DNA of 64,000 nucleotides from Octopus vulgaris (lineage: Eukaryota): positions 9,734,001-9,798,000 of the forward strand of contig OX597814.1 of assembly GCA_951406725.2 (NCBI GenBank), in the 5' to 3' direction. Under the pieces are notes generated by a model. It searched no databases. It was not told the DNA's origin and worked only from the letters and a program-made list of their open reading frames with translations. Below are positions 1-14,393 of the stretch, piece by piece (position 1 is the first letter of the stretch; each line of letters starts with the position of its first letter). Position numbers and translations under genes: made by a program.

Positions 1-984
1 ATTAATAGGAAATAGAGAGAGAGATGGGGAGACCGAGAGGGAATCTTGGTATTTAAACAGAAAAAATGAGAGAGAGAGAGGGAAAGAGAGAGAGAGAGAG
101 AGAGAGGAAGGGAGAGAAGGAGAGAGTGAAAGAATGAGAGGGAAAGAAAGAGAGGGGTGGTGGTTGAAGAAATTAAATAAAAGATTAGCACGGGAGAACT
201 GGAATTAAGAGAGAGTCGTTTAGAACTGAAGAAAAATGAATTAAAAGCAAAATGTGAAAATTAAATAAAGAATATAAGAAAGGACAAGGAAAAATATGGC
301 GTCTAATGGAAATGTTTGCGAGAAAACGATATGTACTGCTAATGAGTGTGATTATATTGTAATGAAGACGATGTGGAAAGCTCAATATTACTGTGAAAGA
401 CAGCGCAAACAGAGATTTGGCGTATTATTTAGATTGTTTATCGGATCAACAACTAGGAATTGTTTTGAAAATGTGACAGGAAGTTGTAAAAGATTTTTTA
501 AAAAAAAAACCCCTTCAAAACAATTGTAAAAACAGCAATAACAAATACATGGAAGCGTTTGAGGGGTTTAGAAAAGGAATTTGATGTGCGCGTGTGCGTG
601 TTTGTGTATGTGGAGAAAGGGTTGATTTTTCTGGAATAAATAAATAATCGGGAATCGCTTGTTTATAAACTTATGCATTGATTTGCTTATTTGGCTTTCT
701 CATTCATTCGTGTTTCCTTTTTCTCTTTCTCCTTTTCTACCCCCTCCCCACCTCATTCGCTTTTCACATTTTTATTCCGTCTATTCTACTAAACACCCTT
801 AGATAACTCTTTATTTGCATTACATACATTCATAACATAGATACACATATACATATATATATATATATATGCACACACACACACACATATATACATAAAC
901 ATACGTGCGTACACGCACGTATACATACACAGAGTTTGAAAATTCATTTTCAGCTTCAATAAGATGCGCGCGTATATATATATA

Positions 985-1380
985 CTAGCAGTATCGCCCG
1001 GCGTTGGTCGGGTTTGTAAGGGAAATAACTATATAAGCATTTTTAGAGAGTTATAGCCAAAATATAGCAAAAAAAGCAGTAAAAATGGAAAAAAAATTAT
1101 GGTAATTTTTTAAAAATCGTTGACTCATCGTAGACATTTTTAGAGAGTTACTTCCCTTATATAATAGCGAAAACAATGCATTAAATAGAAAAAAAATGAT
1201 GGTAAATTTTTTTTTAAATCGTAGACTCATCGTAGACGCGCGCTAATACCCAGAAGGGCTCGATATGAATCACGACTATAAGATACCCGGTTTTGGTTAA
1301 ACTGCACCGCAAAATGTGGGAGTAGTTAGGAATCTAAATCGTAGGAGACAGACACACAACTTGACTTTTATATATAAAGA
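985..1380 (-). mobile_element. Non-autonomous Helitron
   Basis: On the minus strand it starts A|TC(TTTATATATAAAAG) and ends with a GC-rich hairpin (plus 997-1012 cccggcgttggtcggg) followed by CTAG|T. Inserted at an AT dinucleotide with no TSD, which are the canonical Helitron termini. Confidence 0.8.
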
Positions 1381-1767
1381 TATATCAAATACAAAAGGGA
1401 CAAGAACGCAAAACATCCGGACAACTAGGTGATACAAAATGGGACAAAAAAACATCCAGATCGACGATACAAAAAAACAAGGACGGGTCATTCGAAGCGT
1501 CCGGATCATCCTCGCAATTTCGGCTGATATACATGTATATCAGTGGCGATTCTGGCACTCGGGCCGTTCGGGCTTAGCCGGAGTATAAATTTAGTAAAGT
1601 GAGTGTGTATTTGCAAGCTGATTTAGTTTCTACCAACACTGACTTCAAGTATGTAATTCCAGCCAATAACCCGAGCTCTTTTATTGAGCCTGGTCGCAGT
1701 TCATTTATTTTCTTTCAGCGTCTGGCGGTCGCCTTAGACGTGCCCTGTGTCAAAAAATGTCTTTCAT

Positions 1768-2350
1768 AAGGCGGAGAACTGATAGAAACGTTAGCACACC
1801 GGGCGAATGCTTAGCGGTATTTCGTCAGCCGCTACGTTCTGAGTTCAAATTCCGCCGAGGTCGACTTTGCCTTTCATCCTTTCGGGGTCGATTAAATAAG
1901 AACCAGTTACGCACTGGAGTCGATATAATCGACTTAATCCGTTTGTCTGTCCTTGTTTGTCCCCTCTGTGTTTAGCCCCTTGTGGGTAGTAAAGAAATAG
2001 GTATTTCGTCTGCCGCTACGTTCTGAGTTCAAATTCCGCCGAGGTCGACTTTGCCTTTCATCCTTTCGGGGTCGATTAAATAAGTACCAGTTACGCACTG
2101 GGGTCGATATAATCGACTTAATCCGTTTGTCTGTCCTTGTTTGTCCTCTCTGTGTTTAGCCCCTTGTGGATAGTAAAGAAATAGGTATTTCGTCTGTCTT
2201 TACGTTCTGAGATCAAATTCCGCCGAGGTCGACTTTACCTTTCATCCTTTCGGGGTCGATAAATTAAGTATCAGTTGCATACTGGGGTCGATCTAATCGA
2301 CTGCCACCCCCCAAAAAAAATTTCGGGCCTTGTGCCTATAGTAGAAAAGA
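1768..2350 (+). mobile_element. tRNA-derived SINE family A (Meta/Sauria-like core), 3 tandem ~184-bp body units
   Basis: Head ggcggagaactgatagaaacgttagc, B-box-like gagttcaaattcc, core gtcgactttgcctttcatcctttcggggtcgat. The motif ggtatttcg recurs at 1816, 2000 and 2184. Confidence 0.85.
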
Positions 2351-2860
2351 AAAAAAAATGTTATTTATAGCAGACGTTCTCTCGACATCGTTCACATGCG
2401 CCTGACTTGGGCTCATAAGTTACAGCCCGAATTGTTATCTATAATCGTAAAAATTAAAAGTAATTCTAATTCAATGTTTTCTTGAAACAATTAATTTCTA
2501 TAGAGATTAGGATTTAAATTCCAATCTAGGAAAAGCTTCCGTTCAACAATATTCTTAGAGGAACGAAAATTTATCCAACAACTCGCGCCAATACACACAT
2601 CCCTGATGTTTGTTGCGCACTCACTGTTGTTATTTGATTGCTGTTACTCTGTGCGTCTGTGTGCAAAGATAAGCTGTGTTTTGCAGGGTTGCTATATTTT
2701 AACCCTTAACTTAGAAATGGAGAAAGACATAGTGCTAGATATAAAAAACAAACCATGTGGGGCTAGAAATAAAGCTGGAAAAGGGGAAATTCTTCGAGCA
2801 GGCATGTCTCATATGCGAAATCTGTGATGAGACCGAGTGATGCTGATAACCTGGAATCGC

Positions 2861-2898
<38 letters not shown>

Positions 2899-2957
2899 TA
2901 AAAACGGTAAGATAACAAAAGAAAGAAAGAGACCTTAATATTATGCAAATAGAGGAA

Positions 2958-3039
<82 letters not shown>

Positions 3040-3517
3040 GACAGATAGATATATGTATGTATGCATATATATTGATAGATATATGTATGTATGTATGTAT
3101 GTATATATATATATATATATATACACATATTATATGTAGACGTATATGTATATGTATTAGCTGTGTGTATAGACATGTATGAGTGTATGTATACATACAC
3201 ACACACACACACACGCATATATATATATATACATATCAAATTCAATTTCATACTACTATTTACATATACACGCACATACATACACAAGTAAACATTAGTA
3301 TGAAATTGAATTTCATTGAGATTAAATTTCACTGGCATTTTAACAAGCTGTCAGCCGAAATTTCAAGAGCCAGTCAACAAAAACATTAATTATAAATTTG
3401 ATAGTACATTTCGCACCAATTCTTTCCATCAGTGAGTTTTCTTCAAGATAATAACCTTAAATAGAATTATATTTGTACGTGTGTGTGTATGTATGTATGT
3501 ATGTATGTGTGTATGTA

Positions 3518-3552
<35 letters not shown>

Positions 3553-3559
3553 ACATGTA

Positions 3560-3654
<95 letters not shown>

Positions 3655-3673
3655 CTTCAAAATGTGACCTCGT

Positions 3674-3864
3674 GTGTACCGTTGGCGATTTTTTTCCTCT
3701 GTCTTCCCTTCTCTGGATCTTTCCTTCTCCTATGCTTCCGACGAAGAGCTCCGCTCGAAACTTTAAACCCGCCTTCTTTCCTTCTTTCCTGAGCGTCCAA
3801 TAATACTATATTTGTTCCACGTCCTCGCGTTGTGTTTTTTTGTGCTTTCTTGTTTGGATTAACT
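3674..3864 (+). mobile_element. Short non-coding repeat with decayed minimal hammerhead (same family as 32505-32700)
   Basis: Near-identical to 32505-32700. CCGACGA-A-GAGCtccGCTC-GAAA at 3738-3760, with the stem III palindrome mutated (AACTTT). Flanked by (TA)n. Confidence 0.7.
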
Positions 3865-3920
3865 TTATATATATGTATGTATGTATGTGTGTGTGTGCAT
3901 ATGTGTGTGTGTGTGTGTGA

Positions 3921-4247
3921 AAGCGCATGGCTCAGTGGTTAGAGCGTCGAGCTTACGATCGTGGCGTTGTGAGCTCGAATCCCGGACCGGGCTGCGTGTT
4001 CTGTTCTTGAGCAAGACACTTTATTTCACGTTGCTCCAGTTCACTCAGCTGTAGAAATGAGTTGCGACGTTACAGGTGCCAAGCTATATCGCCCGTTGCC
4101 TTTCCCTTGGATAACACTGGTGACGTGGAGAGGGGTGGCCGGTATGCATGGGCGACTACTGGTCTTCCATAAACAACCTTGCCTGGACTTGTGCCTGGGA
4201 GGGTAACTTTCTAGGTGCAATCCCCATGGTCTGTGTCGTCACCGAAG
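3921..4247 (+). mobile_element. tRNA(Arg-like)-derived CORE-type SINE (group C)
   Basis: A box tggctcagtgg, anticodon-like cttACGa, B box gagctcgaatcc, CORE-like cttgagcaagacacttt...ccagttcactcagctg. Confidence 0.75.
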
Positions 4248-4624
4248 AATATATATATATATATACATATTTCCAAAGAAAACATTATTAAATAGTGCAA
4301 TACAGTAGTATTGCTTCCCAGTAAAACAAAGCACCATCAGGTTAAAGTATAAATATAGAATAGTGTAACAACTTTTTCACTGTTCTCGGTCTCTTAACGG
4401 CCAGGCGTTCAGACGAGCATTCTCGCACTGATGTAGCAACATTCGAAATTTTGTCTTGGTAAATCTAGCCGAAGAGAACTAATCAATTTTACGTTAGCAA
4501 AAGTAATTTGGAAAGTTCGAAATCTATGTCCTAGATTATCTACATCTGGGTTGTAAATTTGATTGATGTTCTTTCTACACGTAAGATGAAATTTTTTTAT
4601 GTTCGCCACCCACAAACATCTTTG

Positions 4625-4668
<44 letters not shown>

Positions 4669-4734
4669 AACACACAGACACGCACACACACACACACGCA
4701 CACACACATTCACGCATACATATGTATGATAACT

Positions 4735-4952
4735 AGCACTCCGTCGGTTACGTCGACGAGGGTTCCACTTGATCCAATCAACGGAACAACCTGCTCGTGA
4801 AATTAATGTGCAATTAAGTGGCTAAGAACTACACAGACATGTGTACCCTTAGCATAGTTCCCAGAGAGATCCATTTTGAGACAGAATGTAACAAGGCTGG
4901 TTCTTTGAATTAAAGGTACAGCTCGCTTTTGCCAGCTGAGTGGACTGCAGCA
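4735..4952 (-). mobile_element. SINE group C, 3' part
   Basis: agcactccgtcggttacg...gccagctgagtggac, homologous to 33389-33570 and 54925-55051. Confidence 0.75.
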
Positions 4953-5040
4953 ATAAGGACTGATACCTGGTATTAACTAAAGGAATATTGATGTTATAAC
5001 ATCAATATTCCTTTAGTTAATACCGGGTATCAGTCTTTAT
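4953..5040. repeat. 88-bp near-perfect palindrome
   Basis: ataaggactgatacctggtattaactaaaggaatattgatgtta|taacatc...cagtctttat; two mismatches, no spacer. Confidence 0.9.
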
Positions 5041-5189
5041 AGATACAAGTTAAATAAGTAAATAAACAATTTTTAGTTTAAATACTTGAATTATTGTACA
5101 TTTTCTATAAATTTCTATTGATGTTCATAAGGTATATATACTTCATCATGGTTTTAGTGATTAAGCTATTTGATTCCTTTTCTATGGTC

Positions 5190-5572
5190 TGAGCAGTGTG
5201 CACATGGAAAGTTGCGTCGTTGCTCGTGTGGATTTCCAGGTCATGCACCGACTCTAACTCTGGGATTACATCACCTGCTGGTCATGTGTACTTTAGCCGT
5301 AGTTTGTTTGTGGTCTGATAGCGGAGTGCTTGAAATTTTGCGTCATGGAAATGCATATTATTCTAATCAGCCCATTTATATATTGCGTTCAGCTCATTCT
5401 GCACTTTTAGGATGTCAGTAGGATCTTTGACCGCCTGCGATACTTTTGTATCATCGGCGTAGCTGGTGAGTGTGACTGACTCTGTGGCTGAGGGCATGTC
5501 CGAGAGAGCAACCACAAACAGTAGTGGACCCAGCATTGTTCCCTGGGGGACTCTACTGAGGATTGGTGTCAC

Positions 5573-5632
<60 letters not shown>

Positions 5633-6055
5633 CATTTACTGTGATATCCTGACTTCTGCTCTTCAGAAAATCATGCTGCCTCTCTCCCAATCTACCAGCG
5701 ATACTGAGGTCACGCAATTTGTGACATATCATCCCATGATCGACTTTGACAAAGGCCTTGACAAAGTCGAAATATATCACATCCACATCTGAATGGTTGA
5801 GCTGTTGTTTTAATACCCAGTCGAAGTGCTGTAGTGGCTGTGCTAGGCAGCTCCTTCCAGGACAGAAACCATGTTGCGGGACTGTAAGCAAATAATTTTC
5901 CTCTAGGAACATGGTCAGTCATTTTTCTGAAAATACGCTCCATAATCTTGCTAACATGTGAGGCCAGAGAGATAGATCTGTAGTTTATAGCATCTGCTCT
6001 GCTTCCTCCTTTGTGGACAGGGCAGATTATTCTCTCTTTTAACGTTTGGGGAAAT
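5190..6055 (-). pseudogene. Decayed CR1/L2-group LINE reverse transcriptase fragment
   Basis: Minus-strand translation gives [77 protein letters not shown] and YKWAD. Contains frameshifts and stops. Confidence 0.92.
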
Positions 6056-6069
6056 GTACCGCATTATGT

Positions 6070-7830
<1,761 letters not shown>

Positions 7831-8044
7831 TATCACCATGTATGTGTATGAATATGTATGTGTATGCGTGTTATATAAATTGTTAATTTATTCATGGGAT
7901 TAGGACGGGAAAGGCATAATAGTATATGGATAACGAGTTGTAGCATTGAATGTTAAGATGGCTAGTGATAGCGGAAATATTCGCTATTGGCCAGAGAAAT
8001 ATTCGGGATTGGGCTGATTGTGAGTATACCGTGATGATAGGAAA

Positions 8045-8160
8045 TGATGCTGGTGGTGGTGATGATGGTGGTGGTGGTGGTGGTGATGATGATGGTGGGA
8101 TTGTTGGTGGTGGTGGTGGTAGTGGCGGTGGCTAAAAGCTGTGATGGTCATGACAGTTTT

Positions 8161-8193
<33 letters not shown>

Positions 8194-8630
8194 TTGGTGA
8201 TTATGATGATGCGACGATGACGACGACGACTATGACGACGTCGACAACGACAACGAAGGTGGTAGTTGTGGTTGTTGTTGTTGATGAGGGTGGTGGTGAT
8301 GATGATGATGATTATGATGATGATGATGATGAGGAGGAGGAGGAGGAGGAGGATAGTGGTGTTTTTGAAGATAATGATAAAGTGGATTGTGATGGCGGGT
8401 AGTAGTGAAGATGACGATAATGATGGTGATGACGGATGCGATGATGATGATGATGACAACGACGACGACAATGATGATTGCGATAACAACAATGATGATG
8501 ATGATGATGACGGGGTGATGCTGCCGCTGATGATGATGATGACAGCGACGACAACGATGATAGAGGCCAGATATATTGGTACAGTTAGCACGATGCTGCA
8601 TATGTCGCTGTTTGTGGAATCGAAGATTAC

Positions 8631-8698
<68 letters not shown>

Positions 8699-8957
8699 CT
8701 GCAGTGATGATGAGGCTGGATATTATGGAAGTGATGGTGACGATGATGATGATGATGAAGAAGATGATGGCGCTGGCATCGGAGGCGATGATCGTTGTTG
8801 TGATAGTGACGAATGATGCTTATCGAATTTTCAATTGACTTGCTGGCTAAGAAGATGATGATGATGATGATGATGGTGATGATGGTGATGATGGTGATGA
8901 TGATGGTGGTGATGACGATGATGATGATGGTGGTGATGATGACGATGATGATGGTGG

Positions 8958-9001
<44 letters not shown>

Positions 9002-9096
9002 GTGGTGATGATGATGATGATGGTGGTGATGATGACGATGATGATGGTGGTGGTGATGATGACGATGATGATGTTGACGGCGATGATGATGACAAC

Positions 9097-9162
<66 letters not shown>

Positions 9163-9650
9163 AACAATGATGGTGATGATGATGATGACGATGACGACGA
9201 TGAGGTTGATGGCGATGATGATGACAACGATGATGATGATAATGATGATGCTGGCAACGATGACGACGACGACGACGATGATGATGAAGATGATGACGAT
9301 AATGACGATGATGATGATGATGATGGCAACGATGATGGTGATTATGATGGTGATATGGTTGTTGGTGGCGGTGTCGTGGCGATGATATTGATGATGGTTG
9401 CCCCTGGTGATGATGAAATGGCTGTTAGTAATGCTGCTGGTGTTGATGATGACGAACATTATGATGATTAATTAGCTGATTGATAACGTTCTTGATTATG
9501 ATGGAATTGAAGACGATGGTGTGCGGGTGATGATGATGTTGATGATGATGATGATGATGGGTGGGGATGGCCGTAGTGGGGATGATGAAGACGATGATGA
9601 TGATGGTGATGGTAACAACGACGACGATGATAGAGGCCAGATGCGTTGTA
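8045..9650. repeat. Long degenerate (GAT/GGT/GAC)n trinucleotide tract
   Basis: About 1.6 kb of gat-based repeats; gatgatagaggccagat occurs twice (near 8556 and 9626). Confidence 0.95.
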
Positions 9651-10052
9651 AATCATGGACGTGTATCTGTGTGTGTGTGTATGTGTGCGTGTAAGGGTGT
9701 GTGTTTGTGATGGATAGAGAGAGAAAGAGGACGAAAGGAGAGAAAGTGAGAGAGGAAAGGGGAGAGAGGGGGGGAGAGAGAGGGAAAGAGAGAGAGAGAG
9801 AGATTTAGATCGGTCGAAGAATAGATTGAGAGATAAAAAAAAAAGTCTAAAGAGACTTCTTTTCCATACGCAAAATGAAGGGAAAAATAAAGGATTGAAG
9901 GAAAATCAGGGAGTCAGAGGGAAAAAGAGGGATGAGTTGTGATAATAATGATTGCAATTGTGGCTGTGGAATTGGTCGAGAATTTGGTTGAAATGAAGGT
10001 AGCCAGGGTGACAGTTTTGGCATTAGTAGTGATATTGATATTATGGTGAGTG

Positions 10053-10730
10053 AAGGCGGCGAACTGGCAGAAACGTTAGCACGCCGGGCGAAATGTTTGG
10101 CAGTATTTCGTCTGACGTTACGCTCTGAGTTCAAATTGTCTGTGTTTAAGCCCTTGTGGGTAGTAAAGAAATATGTATTTCTGAGTTCAAATTCCACCGA
10201 AGTCGAATTTGACTTTCATCATTTCGGAGTCGATAAATTAAGTACCGAATGCGTACCGTGGTCGATCTAATCGGCTGGGTCCCTCCCACTACATTTCAGG
10301 CCTTGTGCCTACTGTAGGAAAGAGTAGTCGAAGGCGGCGAGCTGACAGAAACGTTAGCATGCCGGGCGAAATATTTAGCGGTATTTCGTCTGCTGTTACG
10401 TTCTGAGTTCAAATTCCGCCGAGGTCGACTTTGCCTGTCATCCTTTCGGGGTCGATTAAATAAGTACCAGTTACGCACTGGGGTCGATATAATCGACTTA
10501 ATCCGTTTGTCTGTCCTTGTTTGTCCTCTCTGTGTTTAGCCTCTTGTGGGTAGTAAAGAAATAGGTATTTCATCTGTCTTTACGTTCTGAGTTCAAATTC
10601 CGTCGAGGTCAACTTTGCCTTTCATCCTTTCGAAGTCGATAACTTAAGTACCAAATGCGTACTGGGGTTGATCTAATCGTCTGGTCCCCTCCCCCAAAAT
10701 TTCGGGCCTTGTGTCTTGAGTAAAAAAGAT
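10053..10730 (+). mobile_element. Two adjacent SINE family A elements (the second has 2 tandem units)
   Basis: Heads aaggcggcga at 10053 and 10331, same core as 1768-2350. Confidence 0.85.
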
Positions 10731-11105
10731 ATTATTGTGATTGACAGGTTGCTTTTGTAGTAGTTCGTCGATTCTGAATGTATTGGTGGAGTATTGGTAC
10801 TGCTCGTAGTAGTCTTGAAGTGGTAGTAGTACTGGTGGTAATACTTCTAATGGTAGTGGTGATGGTGGTGATAGTCGTAGTAGTAGTAGTGGTAGTTATG
10901 GTTAATTCTGTGTTTGTAGTTCTGGTGTCCGGGCATGGCATTAAACTGCATCCCGTTGTGATACTCTAGTTCGGAAGTTCTAGAGTTGCGAGAAGCATGG
11001 AGTCACCCCTTAATCGTCATTATTCCCAGGTCAGTTCTGACTCGGAATGGTAGTACTTGTCAGCTGTATGGGTAGATTGAGCTCCTTAGCCGCGGTGAAA
11101 GCAAT

Positions 11106-11362
11106 GGTAAAGGTAAAAGTAAAAGTCACCTTCTCGAGTCATACGGATTCATAAGGGCCGGTTTCCCGGTTTCCATGGCGTATACATTCCCCACCTGGAT
11201 GGGACGCCGGTCCATCGCAGGGTTACTCACTTTTGCCAGCTGAGTGAACTGGAGCAACGTGAAGTGAAATGTTTTGCTCAAGGACACAATGCGTCGCCCG
11301 GTCCAGGGATCGAAACCATGATCATGAGTCCAACACTCTAACTACTAAACCAAGCGCCTCCA
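11106..11362 (-). mobile_element. tRNA-derived CORE-type SINE with (CTTTAC)n-like tail
   Basis: Minus strand: tRNA-like head, ggtttcgatccc, ccttgagcaaaac, aaccctgcgatggaccggcgtcccatccagg, tail acttttacttttacctttacc. Confidence 0.75.
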
Positions 11363-11733
11363 CGGTCAAAGAACTCAATCTCGGCGAAGGAAAACTTCAA
11401 AATTAATACCCTCTTCCATCTTGGCCTAAGCCAGCACGGAAGAGTACGGCTGATGAAACCAACACGAGGCATGGCAAATAACATAGATTTGAGGCAACTA
11501 TCTCATGTTAGCGGGCGTTCTGTCGCAGGCGGAGATAGTGAGAAATGATGAGTTATAGTGTTGTTATTGGTAGTTCTGGTGGTAGTTGTGGCGCTTGTAG
11601 TTCTGCTGGAAGTGGGCAGAAGTTTTAGTAGTGGCTATTGTTGAGGTAGTTTTTGTGTGATATTGGTGATAGAAATAAATGTCGTATTGGTGGTGCAACC
11701 AGTAACGATTAAGTTAAAGCTAAGGCAGTTATT

Positions 11734-12109
11734 ACAGTTCTATACTTAAGAGATGAAGAATTATGTACATTATTTACATTATTTACATTATTTACATTCG
11801 ACGGATATTTGTCCTCATCTTGCTTGTTGTTAACACAGCGTTTCGGCTGATATACCCTCCAGCCCTCGGGCATATGGTGTAGTGGTTAAGAGCGCGGCCT
11901 ACTAATCCCAGGATTCCGAGTTCGATTCCAAGCAGTGACCTGAACAATAACAATAATAATGATAATAACATCGAAAAATACCTTAGGAATGAGAACCCTG
12001 GTTCGAAATTACTCCAAGACACTTGAAGAAGGATGGAGGGTATATCAGCCAAAACGTTGTGTTAATAAGAAACAAGATGAGGACAAATATCCGTCGAATG
12101 TAAATAATG
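11734..12109 (+). mobile_element. Inverted-repeat element with tRNA-like promoter and decayed hammerhead, 13-bp TSD
   Basis: TSD taaggcagttatt at 11721-11733 and 12110-12122. Inverted arms 11784-11864 and 12031-12111. A box 11875-11885, B box 11918-11929. HHR-like motif 12018-12063. Confidence 0.8.
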
Positions 12110-12127
12110 TAAGGCAGTTATTGTTAC

Positions 12128-12365
12128 TGGTTTCGAATTTTGGCTCAAGGCCAGCAGGTTTGAGGGAAGAGCTGAGTCAATTACATCGACCCACCTGTTT
12201 TTACATTGCTTACTTAATCGACCCCAAAAAGATGAAAGATAAAGTGAATCCCGGCGGAATTTGAACTCAGAACGTAAAGGTGGACGAAATGCCACTAAGT
12301 ATTCCGCCCTGCGTGTTAACCATTCCGCCCTGCGTGTTAACCATTCCGCCAGCTTGCTGCCTTAA
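12128..12365 (-). mobile_element. SINE family A
   Basis: Reverse complement of the family A core (cggcggaatttgaactcagaacgt). Confidence 0.8.
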
Positions 12366-12550
12366 AAGCTGTTATTGATAGGTCTGACTGATGATAAGAT
12401 TGTCATTTAACTCAAAAGTCAGTTCTAAACAAGTAGACTTACGTCCGAAAGCTTTCAGCCAAGTCCATTCTGCTTATCTATTTAATATTCTATGCATAGG
12501 ATATCCAGAACTACATTATCCAATGTGTCCTTATATTAAGACCATAGGGG

Positions 12551-13348
12551 AAGGCAACGAGCTGGCAGAAACGTTAGCACGCCGGGCGAAATGATTAGCG
12601 GTATTTCGTATGCCGCTACGTTCTGAGTTCAAATTCCGCCGAGGTCGACTTTGCCTTTCATCCTTTCGGGGTTGATAAATTAAGTACCAGTTACGCACTG
12701 GGGTCGATATAATCGACTTAATCCGTTTGTCTGTCCTTGTTTGTCCTCTCTGTGTTTAGCTCCTTGTGGGTAGTAAAGAAATAGGTATTTTGTCTGCCGC
12801 TACGTTCCGAGTTCAAATTCCACCGAGGTCGACTTTGCCTTTCAACCTTTCGGGGTCGATAAATTAAGTACCAGTTACGCACGGGGGGGGGGGTGATATA
12901 ATCGACTTAATTCGTTTGTCTGTCCTCTCTGTGTTTAGACCCTTGTGAGTAGTAAAGAAATAGGAATTTTGTCAGCCGCTACGTTCTGAGTTCAAATTCC
13001 GCCGAGGTCGACTTTGCCTTTCATCCTTTCGGGGTCGATTAGATAAGTATCAGTTACGCACTGGGGTTAATATAATCGACTTAATCCCTTTGTCTCTCCT
13101 TGTTTGTCCCCTGTGTGTGTAGCCCCTTGTGGGCAATAAAGAAATAAGGATCGTTAGCATGCCGACCAAAATGTTTAGGCGTATTTCATCTGTCTTTACG
13201 TTCTAAGATCAAATTTCGCCGAGATCGACTTTGCCTTTCATCGCTTCGGGGTCAATGAAATATTGAACGAGATGAGCACTGAGGTCGATCCAATCGAATA
13301 TTCCCCTTCCTCAAAATTTTAGTCCTTGTGTCTATAGAAGAAAGGATG
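12551..13348 (+). mobile_element. SINE family A, ~4 tandem units
   Basis: The core ccgaggtcgactttgcctttca recurs four times at about 175-200 bp spacing. Confidence 0.85.
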
Positions 13349-13895
13349 TTAAGATAATAGGGTAAGATTCGACTGCTATTTCAAGCAGGCCAAGCGACTG
13401 CGAAAATATAGACTCGTGCGATGAGCACACTGAAGGTCTACAAGATGCACCCAGTCAGGGCGTGACTGTTGCTGTTCTGCACTTAACATTGGTGCTCTGC
13501 AGCCTACCACATGTTGCAACTAATTCATTGTATATCTGCTTTTATTTTATGTTTGTCTATACTGAGTCAGAAAGATATGTGTTTTAGGATGTTGTTGGAG
13601 TAATGGCCGAAGGCGTTGTACACTCATTATTGGGTGCTTGAATTGATTATTTCGTGCTGGAAGCGACCGTGAACGTAAGCGTTTCTTGCTGTAATTATAC
13701 AGAGTCCTTTCATCTCTATGCGGTCTTTAATTTCTAATGCTTTTGTGTCATCTGTGATTGTGGTAATGTGAAGTGCACTAATATAGTTTCTTTTTTTCTA
13801 CTTTTTACTCGTCATTGTACTTACTTGTGAAAAGACTAAACAACAGTCTTATCAGGACCGACAATAACAACAATAACATCATCATGCTGCTGTTG

Positions 13896-14015
<120 letters not shown>

Positions 14016-14118
14016 GAGCTACTACCGCCAGCAGCATAACTTCAGATATAGTTAACGTATAGAAATGCTTATGTATTTGTGGTTGAATAAAATTTGTGAC
14101 TGGGCATAGTTTTATCTG

Positions 14119-14393
14119 TACGTGATCTGATCAATAAGTATCCGGACGGTTGCCATAGTAATGAAGCTAAGGCACGCAGAGTAGAGCCGCTTGGCAGAGA
14201 TTGACCTTGAACTCTGCTGTGCATACGCACTAAGTTTTAACGCTCTAGCTCAGTTCTGTTGTTTACAGCAGTGCTTGGAAGTAACTGTGTAGCGTGTGTT
14301 CGTCGAATTGACCATGATAGAGAAAGTTGAGCAGAGAATCTGCATCAAATTTCGCCAAAAGCTTGGAGATATCTGCTCAGAGGCCTACGTAAA
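14119..14393 (+). mobile_element. Mariner element 5' end with transposase N-terminus remnant
   Basis: TA then TIR-like cgtgatctgatcaataagtatccggac; ATG at 14314 gives MIEKVEQRICIKFRQKLGDICSEAY. Confidence 0.8.

Noticed and set aside
1816-2350. Regularly spaced repeats suggesting a CRISPR-like array
   Set aside because: Whole 184-bp units repeat with no unique spacers; these are SINE tandems in eukaryotic DNA.
3921-3992. tRNA gene candidates (also 11868-11941, 33690-33761, 42223-42281)
   Set aside because: A/B boxes are present but acceptor or anticodon stems are imperfect, and most continue into repeat bodies.
8148-9459. Long ORFs (up to 409 aa) rich in I/M/H/S/D
   Set aside because: Translations of (GAT)n repeats, open in several frames on both strands, with no domain or codon structure.
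14168-14190. taaggcacgc (miR-124-like start); also gtgagcaaag (miR-87-like) at ~52157
   Set aside because: Only ~10-nt matches with no precursor hairpin; the first lies inside a mariner end.
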